From Ginglymostoma cirratum (lineage: Eukaryota), in NCBI GenBank assembly GCA_024137785.1, contig JAHRHZ010000222.1:40088865-40152864 (forward strand): a stretch of 64,000 nucleotides of DNA, read 5' to 3'. Every line of letters begins with the position of its first letter. The stretch's first letter is position 1. The notes beneath the pieces were generated by a model. That model saw only the letters and a list, made by a program, of their open reading frames with translations, did no database searches and was not told the origin of the DNA. Made by a program: the position numbers and the translations under genes. Of the stretch, positions 12,520 to 23,377 are shown one piece after another.

Positions 12520-13830
12520 TAGAATTACAGAATCATATCTCTTACAAGACAAAAATAGACTATTTGGCCCACTGTATCAGTACTGACTTCTTAGCAGAGC
12601 TGTCCAACGAATTACATTACTCTGAACTTGCCTCATAGTTCAATAATTTCTTTCCCTTCAAGTGTTTATTTAGTGCTCCTCCAAATGTTGTTATTGAATC
12701 TGTTTCAACCACCCCATCAATATTCCAGGGCATTATAACTCATTGTATAAAAATATTTCCTCATATTTCCTCTGGTTCTTTTGCCAGTTGGTTTAAACCC
12801 ATGTCATCCAGATACAAATCTTTGTCCCTGGCATTACTCTTTATTTATTCTATCATAGTTTTGATCATGTTTAGCAAATCTCTTTTGGACCTTTTCTATT
12901 CTAAGGAGGACAATTCCAACTTCTTCAGTGTTATCATAGCATGGAAGCCTTTAATCCCGGTCACTATCCAGTAAATGTCTTCTTCACCCTCCCTAAGGCT
13001 TTGAAATCCTTCCTGAATTGTGGTGCCTCGAACTGAACCTAATTTCTTAGTTGCAGCCTAACTATAGTTTTATAATGATTTGTCGTATCTTCCTTCCATT
13101 TGAACTCTGCACTGCTGTTCATGAAGTCAAGGATCCCTGTTGCTTTTTTAACAGCTTGATCAAATTGTCTTGCCGTATTTAAAGATTTGTGTAGATTCAT
13201 CTGAAGGAAGTTTCTGGACTGCCTTTAAAATTGTTCTATGAGTTTCGCATTACCTACCCCCATTCTTCCTATCAAAATGAAATACTGCATGCTTGTCAGT
13301 ATTAAATTTCTTCTACCCTGTGTCTGCCCATTTCATAAGCTTATGTTACTATCTCCCTTATTGTTCTGAGCTTTGTATCATCTGTAAATTTTCCAATTAC
13401 GCCCTGCACATACAAGTCCAGGTCATTAATACACATCGATAAAAGCAATTGTCCTAATTTGGAGCCCAAGGGAACATCATTGTACAAAACAAAAAAAAGC
13501 GAAAGAACTGCAGATGCTAGAAATCAGAAACAAAAACCATTGTACAGTTCCTTCCAGTGCAAAGAACCATTGCGAATCACTACTCTTTGCTTTCTGTCCT
13601 TTAAGCAATCTTGTATCCATGCTGCCACTGTTTCTTTCATTTTACAGGTTTTAGTTTTACTGAGAGGTCTAATATATGGTACTCAGTCAAACACCTTTTG
13701 AATGTCCATGTACACATCAATTACAATACCCTGATTAGCCCTATCTGTTACTGCATGCTAAATTTCATTCAAGTTAGCCAAATATCATTTGCATTTAAAA
13801 AAGTATGTTGGTACTTTTTGATACTTCTTT
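12520..13830 (-). mobile_element. Old CR1 LINE fragment (RT through 3' end) with a short Penelope-type insert at about 13490-13537
   Basis: Antisense CR1 motifs: tatttggccc tail, tgtatcatctgtaaatt (FADDT-like), gagcccaagggaac (VPQG-like), ttttgaatgtccatgtacac (YMDFxKAF-like). Confidence 0.75.
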
Positions 13831-13831
13831 C

Positions 13832-13940
13832 CAGTTCTGGTGAATTATCATACCAGACTTGAAATGTTAACTCTGTTTTTCTCTCCACAAATGTGGCCGG
13901 ACTTGCTAAATTTCTCCAGTATTCTCTGTGTTTTTTTTTT
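13832..13940 (+). mobile_element. Penelope-type 3' terminal repeat fragment with a decayed hammerhead-like core
   Basis: cagttctggtgaa...gacttgaaatgttaactctg...ctccacaaatgtggccggacttgct parallels 29012-29118. Confidence 0.65.
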
Positions 13941-14089
13941 CACCATTTCCTCCTGCTTTGAGTAAGGTCTCTGTTATAGCCTCTTTACATCTTCATGTGG
14001 CAAAGTGTTTGCAACTCATCATTCAAATACCATGCATTTACACGCACACACACCAAATGCATTTTAAAATATTTTGCATTTGTCCCCGT

Positions 14090-14232
14090 TGAATATATAC
14101 ACGAAGGGGAAAGATTTGTGTTATTATGGACAAAGGACAGGGGAATAGGATTAGTTAAATTATTTTTACAGGAAGACAGTATGGACATCAGAGGCCAAAT
14201 GGTCACCTTTTGTGTTGAAACCATTCTATGAC
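14090..14232 (+). mobile_element. CR1 3' UTR fragment
   Basis: aaggggaaagatttg...atggacatcagaggccaaatggtcacct...ccattctatga tail. Confidence 0.6.
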
Positions 14233-16059
14233 TTGATAACTCTACCTTTACCAGGACATGGTTGACAACCATTCAAGCAGCCTGTGCATTTCTATCCATA
14301 ATCTCTCAAAGTGCGTTAGTGCTACAGCACTAAAGGTGATAGTTATTAAACAACCTCACTAGATAACTTACAGTTAGCTACCTATCCACCCTTATTGCTG
14401 TTGCTTGTCTTGGAAACCTCTTCTCAAATCAGTCATATTTTCAAATCATTATTGTAAACTACTTGACTCAACAAGTATTACTCCTAAACTAACCATTAGA
14501 AATATAACCTTCACTGTGGAAGTATTAGAATGTATTCAGGGATGTAGAGATATCTTGACTTACAGAGATGCAAGCTTCAAATAGTTCATTTTCCGAGCAT
14601 TAATACCAATCTTGGAAGTTTTATTCATCTAAAAATATAATTTTATTTATTGACATGCTATCTGTCATGATGTAGTGCATTTCCTAAAGCACAGATGCCT
14701 AGAAATCCCTTGTAAAACATTAAATGATGTTCAAGTCTTGAGACTTGTGTTAGGGCTAAGTAGTACAGTTGATTTTGTGAAGATCCCTATGACTGGAAGA
14801 AAACAGTATCTGAACAATGAACATAACAGTCTTTTTCCTAAATGCCCAAAATCAATTAACGACCTTTAGAAACACTATCTGTTTTTGATATTTGTCTTTC
14901 TCCCTAGGAAATAATTGCAAATGAACTTTGCCAAATCCCTTTGGCCAACAAGATTGAAAGTGGCTAATAAATATTTAGGAGAATGCCAAAGAGAAACTAG
15001 CAGCTATAAAATGCACCATAACCTACATGTGAGGATGCTTAAAACCTCAGAATGACTTTCCTGTCTCAAGGTGTGGTGTTCATTCCATGTCGTGTGAGAT
15101 AGCTGGAATAGTCTGCATGAAAACTTTGAAAAATCAAAAATAGAATTGGAATTAAATTAAGAATAATTATGCAAACTTTTTTTAAAGCAGTAGATGTTTT
15201 ATACTCTAGTTACAGTGGATATTAAAATAGATAACTAGTGACAACTTTGATTAACCTAGTGGTTCTCAACATAGCACAAATTCCTTATGGCTATAGAATG
15301 TTTAATGACAGGCTTGTGCAGTTGTGACAAGTTACTAGAATGGTTTGTTGAATTAGAAGCTTGCTCAGTACTTGCAGTGTTGCTTTGTTATAAAGCATAT
15401 CTCCACATACATTCACAACTTTTTTATTAGTCTGAAATACGCTGCCACCACTCTGCACTGTTCCATGTTGGGTTTGGGTTCTGGATCTCAGCATGAAAAG
15501 TTCAACATTTGTGCAAGGACCAGGAGATCAAGAGGAATTAAAGGAATTCAATGGGTCAGGTTATTGATTTATAGAAACAGTAAAGGTTTGGTGCTTTACT
15601 TTCGAACATAAATGAAAGAAAACTGAATTTGTCATAAACTAGTATGAGCTAGACAAATGGACAAATCTCTCAACCAAAATCAATCTGGATCATTAGGGCA
15701 AGCTATGTTATCTCTTACGTCAATGTAAACAGCACTCAGGTAATGATGGTATAACTCTCATCTGAATATTAAGACCTCACAGAAGATTATTGGTCTAAGA
15801 CCCTTTGCAGGAAACTATATTATACTTGTTTGAGTTGTCCTATTTTTCCCATGCAAAAATGGAAATAATAGAAATGGAGCAAAGATGTTATATCATTTGT
15901 ACAACTATGCTGAAGCAGAAGTCATTTGGGAGGACTCCTCTTGAGATTTTTAAAGTTCTATTTCTTGATCTTGGGGGCAACATTTTGGTTTTCAGTGGCA
16001 TCTTTTCCATTCTCAAATACCTCCTTTATCAGGTGATGTAGTCCTAATGTTACCTTCTG

Positions 16060-16300
16060 AAGTTGTGTTGATGTGTCGCGTATTTGAACTCTCACAGCAG
16101 CAGAATTAGAATAATTCAACAATATCCTCAATAATCATCAACACTACATTTAACTTAAAGCCACAACAGAAACAAACAAAGCATTAATTTCCTAGACACC
16201 ACCGTATTTAAACTGGCACAAGACAACAGGCGTAAGTTAGAAACAAAAGATTTTAAAAAAAATACAACAAATAGCTTCTTTATACAAAATGCCATCACAA
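16060..16300 (+). mobile_element. Degenerate Penelope-like reverse transcriptase relic
   Basis: Manual translation across stops and a frameshift gives FNNILNNHQHYI*LKATT...QSINFLDTTVFK...LETK, the Penelope RT 'INFLD' region. Confidence 0.5.
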
Positions 16301-18184
16301 TAGACATGTCTTCACAGATTGGGGAGGTCACAACTAACACTTGCATGTTGTCTCCAGCATAGCCCTGCATCTTAATTAATTCAGAGTATGGGAAGATTAA
16401 CTAAACAACTAACACATTCTCATTTATTTCTTGAAAAACATTCTTTACTTTTCTGCATTATCTGCAGTTTAGACTCAGGTTCAGGATCTGTTCTTAAAGC
16501 TGTAAGAATGCTGTCAAAATGCTATTGCTCAGACATATGTGTGAGTGGAGTCTTGAGTGATGTAGAGACATGACCATTGTTTGTAGCACATTCAGTGTGT
16601 TTGCCTTGTAAGCTGCTGGCATATGCTCCAGGTATGTCATTGATGCATCATAGTACCTTTCAGCTCCATGTCTGGTCTCTTGACTGATCCCTGCCAGCAA
16701 CATGACAAGCTGCCTGCCTTTGTACCTGCACTAAGAGGCAAGGCAAGGCAGAAGTACGGTGAGTTAGTCATGCTGCGGCTCATGTAGTGAAGGTACACTC
16801 ACAGCACTGTTAGGAAGGGAAGCTCAGGATTTTGACTGTGTGGTGATGAAGGAAAGGCACTTTATTTTCAAGCCACAACTTTGGGACAATTTGCAGGTGA
16901 TATTCCGTGAATGGTACAGCAAAGTGCAAAAAGGCAAAACAAATCAATACAGAGATGCTGTGAGTGCCCAAGTAGGTAACGAAGTGAGTAAGCGCTAAGA
17001 GAGCTAGTGAGAAGCCCTGAGCTACACACTGCTCTGATCCATAAAGTGGTTGCCTGTCCCTGCATGCAAAGTGACCCTGGTGGCAGCATTACTCCAAAGT
17101 CCAATTTTATACTGCAGAATTGTATTGTAAATAGGTCAGAGGGGGTGTGCCATGATGACTTGGTACATGTCTGATGCCAACCTTTGTGGATGGGAATTCC
17201 AAGTGATCACTATTCATGGACGGTACTCTGAGATTTGGGGACTGCTATCCAAACTGGAGTCCCGGAGAAGCATGAAGTGAGCAGGAGGCACAAGTTATTT
17301 GCTCTGCTTTTCATATCAGGAAGTGTTGTAGTCTAACTTCTATCTGTTACATGGAAGAATAGGAAATTGCATATAATTGAGGTGAGTTTAGGTACTAATA
17401 GGATTTAAATGCATGCAAATAGGCCTCTCACTGCTCAGCAGTGAGATTCTCATCTCACCATTCAAATGTTATATAAAAAAATCAAGTGTTATTTTCTCAC
17501 TGTTAGAGATCTCATTTTTCCAATCTTACCATATTTTCCCAACTGACTTATCATTGCCCGCATCATTCAGGGGTTTGGAAAATTCAGCCTAATTAATGAA
17601 TACAGCACATATAAAAATGATACATTGTGGGAAAGGAGTTTTCAAAAATGTAGCAGTGTAATTGTGTTACCTTGAATGTGGGTCCAACCAAAAACAAGAA
17701 TCAACGTGTCTCACAACATCAAAAGAAAACCTGACACCTTAAGTATAAGGAGATTAGCTGTTACAGTGATCAGTAGCAAATACCAAGAAGATTAATACAT
17801 ACAGCTGGAAGGGATAATTATCTGTAAATTGCCACCAGTGCTCTTCAATTTAATTTAAAAAGCCTGGCATATCACACAAAACTCATATTTCTGAGATTTT
17901 TCATTGTGTCTTCATTGGAAAAACAGCATTCAATGCAGACTGAAAGATAGTTAATGAGCTAGATAGAAAAAGATGCTGCAGCAACATGTTTATGAAGTAA
18001 GTAGTGAGGTTCACCCTGGCACTAAATATGCAATAAGCAATTGTACTCGTATAAGTTGAAACAAAGTTGTTCTTGTGGTCTGGGTGACTCTGACTAGGCC
18101 AAATTTTTATTGCCCATCCCAAATTGCTGAGAAACTGAAGAGAGACAGCGCCAGTCGTACAGCTTCTGCCAACTGAATTGCAAA

Positions 18185-18440
18185 GGCAACAGATACAAGG
18201 GAGTACCACCTGCAAGCTGTTCCTAAAGTCATGACTTGAAAACACAGCGCCTTTCATGAATCACCAGAGGGTCAAAATCTCGGAAGTGCAACCCTAACAG
18301 TGCTGTGAGAGTATCTTCACTACATGACCTGTCTCAGTTCAAGACAGCAGCTCAGCACTACCTTCTCAAGGACTGTTAGACGTGGGCAGCAAAATGTCAG
18401 CATTACCATGGATGTTCACATCCTGCGACTGAATTTTTAG
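18185..18440 (+). mobile_element. 3' fragment of the CR1-group LINE family seen at 48060-50050
   Basis: ccctaacagtgctgtgagagt...gttcaagacagcagctcagcactaccttctcaagg matches 49930-50010. Confidence 0.75.
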
Positions 18441-19531
18441 AAATACAGGATTTTTAGAAATTTTTAGAAATTCGAGTTTAGGCCTTCGTCTTGAAAAGGC
18501 TCAGTCTTGTGGTGATGGTGCTGAATTTAAACACTTTGCCATAATTGTGGTGTTAGTGTTTGTTTTTTGCTAAACCGTGAATTGCTGAAGTGAATCCTAT
18601 AGACATATATTGCAGCCACATCACACTAATTGAGGAAGAGTGACCAATCAGTTTGACAGGAGGGGCCTGATCAAGCTCTGGAATTTCTTACAGCTGCACG
18701 CAAGTGAATGCTCAATATTTTCAGTGCTTACTTGTCACTTGATTTTGATTATTTTGTGATTATATCTAGGATCTTTTCTGTTACTTTCAAACTCATTGGA
18801 GTGTATCTTTCCCAGCACTGCTTGGTTCTTATTCTGCTCAAATGGATCACCCACTGCTATTAGAACCCACCCAATCTTCATTCCATTGATTTCTGCCAGA
18901 TGACTAAATCAACAGTGAAGACAAAAATGCACCCTATTCAGTGTCTCAAATTGCTGACAAACAATGCTGGTGTGGTACATTCTTCATGTTTTTTTAAAGT
19001 TTATGATCCACTGAATATAGCCTCGTGTAGAAAAAGAATAGTCTTGATCAACAGTGTACTCTTCCAGTTACTTTGCCTTACTTCCTTTTAAACAAAGAAG
19101 AACTATAATTTTATGGAACCAGATACAAACTGTAATTACTGTTAATTTGGCAATGGTTGTATTTGCTGGCCCAGAAAGGATGGCTCAGGGCAATGTTATT
19201 TTGTAAAGGAGATAGAAACTTGCCTTCTTGCTGTCCAGCAGTTGTACTTCTAAACTTTTACAAATGTAAACTTTTCTGACATAACCTGTTCATTTTCTGC
19301 AGCAATAGAAGTTATCTATGTGTATCACATATAGTTTGATAACATAAATATAGCAGCTTGGCGTTATTGTAGGACAAATGAATCCTTACATATTGGTCAC
19401 CATAAATGAAATAATGAAGATTTGTGTAATCAGATTGGCATTCCCCATTACTGTTAATTTTGAAAAATGTAAAGAAATTTGAACCCTAATCTGTCTGCCA
19501 GGATCCTTTAAACTGAATCAGTTTTACATAC

Positions 19532-19767
19532 TCTTTTCCTCTTGTTCAACATCTGGAACGCTGAAGGTAGCTCAAGGGTATTTCCACCTTATCTGCGCTT
19601 TTGTTAGAATTTGATACAATCTTCCCCAAAGACCCTTTGATTAGGTGGCAACTGCTTGCTCTGATCTTTCGGTTAACTTTCCACAGGAGGTTGCTGTCAC
19701 CGGCCGAGATGCTGTTGTCTGTCACTTTATACATTTTAACTTATCCGCTTCTCGGTTGAAATTTTGG
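19532..19767 (-). other. Candidate 236-nt exon (5' UTR-containing or non-coding)
   Basis: Strong acceptor ttttttttctctgcag and donor AGA|gtatgt; CpG-enriched relative to flanks; all frames closed near its start; ends with ATG TTG AAC AAG AGG AAA AGA (MLNKRKR). Confidence 0.3.
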
Positions 19768-19912
19768 CTGCAGAGAAAAAAAATAGTTTCACATTCAACT
19801 GGAACTGATTAGTGATTACATTTTCAAGAAAAAGCATGTGTGCAATGGGAATAAAATTTAACAAACACCCTACTTTCCATTTACTGCGACAAGATTGCAT
19901 GAGCAAAGTGGT

Positions 19913-19936
19913 GCAGTGAATTCTGGGAATTGTAAT
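19913..19936 (-). promoter_or_regulatory. ZNF143/Staf-binding (SBS) motif
   Basis: Minus strand reads ATTACAATTCCCAGAATTCACTGC against the consensus ACTACAATTCCCAGAATGCACTGC. Confidence 0.55.
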
Positions 19937-21287
19937 CAGTAGTCCTCAATGTCCGTAGAGTTGGCATATACGAAAACGACAGGACTTAATTAAATTTATA
20001 CTGTTGGATTTATTTATTTTTGTACTGATGAGATGGTTTTAAAAAACTGTTGTCTGGATGGTTATTTTGATAATTGTTATCATTTATGTTTAAAAATCTT
20101 CATGTGACGCACACAGATTGTCTGGATTTCAACAAAAAAAACCAAAACACATGTTGGCCGTAGGATATTAGGTATCATGTGAGTGCGCTATAGAATAAGA
20201 ATTTTACAGGTTCTTATTTACAATTTTCTCGACTGCTGTCCTTGCAGAGCTGGTGTACTGATACATCCACAGACTATGGTTTACACCTTGTCCAAGTGAT
20301 TAGCATTCCAGTGAATGCAGGTGGTTTATTTCATTGAAGGACATTCAGTCTAAGACCAATCTACGCTTCTACTCAATATTAAAGCACCAGCCAACGAACA
20401 TCACCTGGAGTCGAGTAAATGGCTGAAATTCACCCACCACTCATCCAAACCCCACTTCCCACTTCAAATTACAGAGGCTAATTTGAGCAACCTTCTGGAG
20501 GCTGAGATTAGTTAATTTACGACAGATTTTGATTTGAATTTAGGACTTTTCTGCAAAATAGAACTGATTTAGATACTTAACCAGGAACTGTTGGAGAGAT
20601 TAATACCTGTTCTAATAACGAGATAATTCAAATCAGCACCACAATGGATCCCCCACAATCTATTCCCAATCACCCAATGACTCCCCTGTCTACTCTGACT
20701 ACATTCCTGACTCTAATTGACTAATTTCCACATGCCGACAGATTGATTCTCTCTTGACGAGAACAACCAATGGTGCCAACAACTTCGCTACCGCATGGAT
20801 CCAATTATACCGCCACCCCCATCAGACCCGACTACGCCAGCCCACCTGCCCACTTCGACAACCTCCCACAACAATCCACATTCACCTACTCACTCACCCA
20901 TTAATTAACTTATACTCATTCTTTCAAAGATTTGACCCCTTTAAAAGGGTACCTGAATACAGCAGCTGCTGCTGTACAAAAGGGATATGCGTTCCATTTA
21001 CCTCGACTCTACCATTCTGGGAGAAGTGGACAGCATTGTTGGGTCAGAAAAAACCTTTACGAGTGGCAACAATGCTCAGTGTCAAAATTCACTTTTCAGA
21101 TATTCCAGTGTAGAGGCTAAAGATCTAATAAGCATTGTGGTTGTGGTGGGGAGAGGTGCAGTTTACAGGGGAAGCAAATATGTACTGAGATTTTGACGAA
21201 AGGAAGATTAAACTTTTGTTCTTAAGTTTGTGAGTGAGGCATTGTAATATTTTTTATCACACTTTTATTGGTGATGTATCCAGAAAG

Positions 21288-21665
21288 GGAGATAGTGATA
21301 CAGTGGTGATGTTACTGAGTGAGTAATACAGAGGCACAGATTAATGGTCAAGGGGTGTGGATTCAAATCCCATAGCAGTTGATGAAATTTCAATTCAGAT
21401 AATGAAATTGAAGGATCTCTGTAATAATATCATGAAACAACTATTTTCGTATAAAAACACGTTTCACTCATGTGCTTTAGGGAAGGAAATCTGCCATTCT
21501 TACCCGATCTGTCATATATGTGACTGCAGGCCCTCAGCAACATGGTTAGATATTAATTGCCTTCTAAAATGGCCAAGTACATTACTCATTTCAAGGGCAA
21601 TTAGGGATGAGCAGTAAATGCTAGTCTTGCCAGTGCCAACCACATCCTGTGAAAGAATTAAAAAC
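21288..21665 (+). mobile_element. tRNA-headed SINE family A, copy 4
   Basis: B box ggattcaaatccc, shared body, tail tcaagggcaattagggatgagcagtaaatgctagtcttgccag. Confidence 0.85.
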
Positions 21666-21724
21666 AAAAGATATTTTCTCATTGAATTCTATGACAGTGA
21701 AATCTTGTTAGAACACTGATTCAG

Positions 21725-22010
21725 TAAGAACATAAGAAAAAGAATCAGGAATAGGCCATTTGGCCCTTTCAGCCTGCCCCACCATTTAGCATAGTCAGGT
21801 CTGATCTTCTCCTGCAACTCCATATCCTGCATTTCCACAATACACCCTGATTCATTTGAGATCCAAAAATTGAAAAATCTATCTTGAAATATTCAATGAC
21901 TGGGTATCTGTGATCTTTGGGGTAGAGAATTTGAACAATTCACAAAGCATTGAGTGAACAAATTTTTATTCGTTTCAGTCCTAAATGGTCAATCCATTAT
22001 TCTGAGTTTA
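21725..22010 (-). mobile_element. CR1 3' fragment
   Basis: Antisense tail aagaacataagaa...aggaataggccatttggccc. Confidence 0.75.
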
Positions 22011-22429
22011 AGTGTTGTGAGTTGACTTTTTATTCAGTGATTTACAGAAAACTTCACTGAAAATAATTAACAATCTTTGTCGATATTTTAAAAAGTTTCT
22101 TGGTTCATTACGAGAGGATTTGCCAATTTACGTCAGTAGTACAACCCAGTATAATTGCTGCAGGATTTTCAGAATGCATTGTCTAAATGTCAGCTTTCAA
22201 TAATGTTTACTATGTTTTCAATTAGTAATGTATCAACAAGTTATTCTTCAAACTAGAGGATAAAAATCAATTTGCGTCAGAACAAGGGCAAATACCTGGC
22301 TATAAGATTTATCTATCATTTCTCCCACATGTTCCTTTTCTGTATGTTGTTTAATCTAAAACTTTGTTCCTAAAATTGTTTTTACTGGAAGTGTCACCTA
22401 TTTGTGTGATTGACCCTGTTTATACATTG

Positions 22430-23370
22430 TATGAGTTAATTTTGCCCTCTTTTAACTGCACTGTCAGGAGCACCCAAGTTATTCAGGGCTTTTTTTCTCT
22501 GCCTCGAATAATGTAACTGAATGACCTGGAAACCACAATACTTTACATGCAAATACAACAAATAGTGATCAGTATTTTGACCCAACTTTGGTGTGTGAAA
22601 ATGTGCACAGGGATGCAGAAAGCCATTATTGGAGAAGCCCTGTAGATCATTGCGAAGGTGCAAGGAGATGGCAAAATTGTTTTCTGTGAGTTATAAAGGC
22701 AAACCTATCATTAAGCAGAGGGTTCAGTGGCATGTGAAGAGATCAAGTTCAAAGATGATTTGTGTTCTGGCATGAAACAGAGCATACAGTGTCATTGAAA
22801 GATGACTGTGCATAACAGTTTCCATGTGTTCATTCTGTACCTGCCTTTTTCTGCAGAAAGTCACAGCAAAGGAAGATGGATCTTTGGGACTGTTACTTGC
22901 ACCTACCTTAGTTGAAGAACACAACATCCAGGAGCATTCATCAGGGTACTACAACATGGGAGATATGCTCAACTTTTAGTTGCGTTTCAGTCGGAGTGTT
23001 TTTGGAAGAATGCCCTTGGAGAGGAGCAGAAGAAATTGACCAGCATTATATCAGACAGAATGAACTTTGGCTACATCAAGGCACTCAAGAACCTGGGATT
23101 GGTTTTCTTAGGTCAGAAGTCACATGGCACCAGGTTATAGTCCTATAGGTTTATTTGAAATCACAGGCTTTCGAAGCAGTACCCTGTCATTACCAGACGA
23201 AGGGGCAAAACCCTAAAAGCTTGTGTCTTCCAATACACCTGTTGGACTATAACCCGATGTCATGTGATTTTTGACCTTATCCACTCCAGTCCCTCACCAG
23301 CACCTCCACATCATGGTCTTCTTAGAGCAGAAAAGATTGAGGGGAGATTTGATAGAAGCATTTCGGCATT
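22430..23370 (+). mobile_element. Old CR1 RT fragment, split by a foldback element at 23112-23313
   Basis: gagaggagcagaagaaattgaccag... and cttagagcagaaaagattgaggggagatttgatagaagc (LEQKRLRGDLIEA). Confidence 0.55.
23112..23313. mobile_element. Penelope-derived foldback element with a 12-bp TSD
   Basis: Imperfect inverted arms at about 23110-23173 and 23214-23277; flanking direct repeats tggttttcttag (23100-23111) and tggtcttcttag (23314-23325). Confidence 0.75.
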
Positions 23371-23377
23371 TTCTAAG

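Noticed and set aside
20640-21200. C-rich low-complexity stretch with overlapping ORFs (similar region at about 2150-2700)
   Set aside because: Probably eroded non-autonomous DNA-transposon interiors; no termini or coding signal I can support
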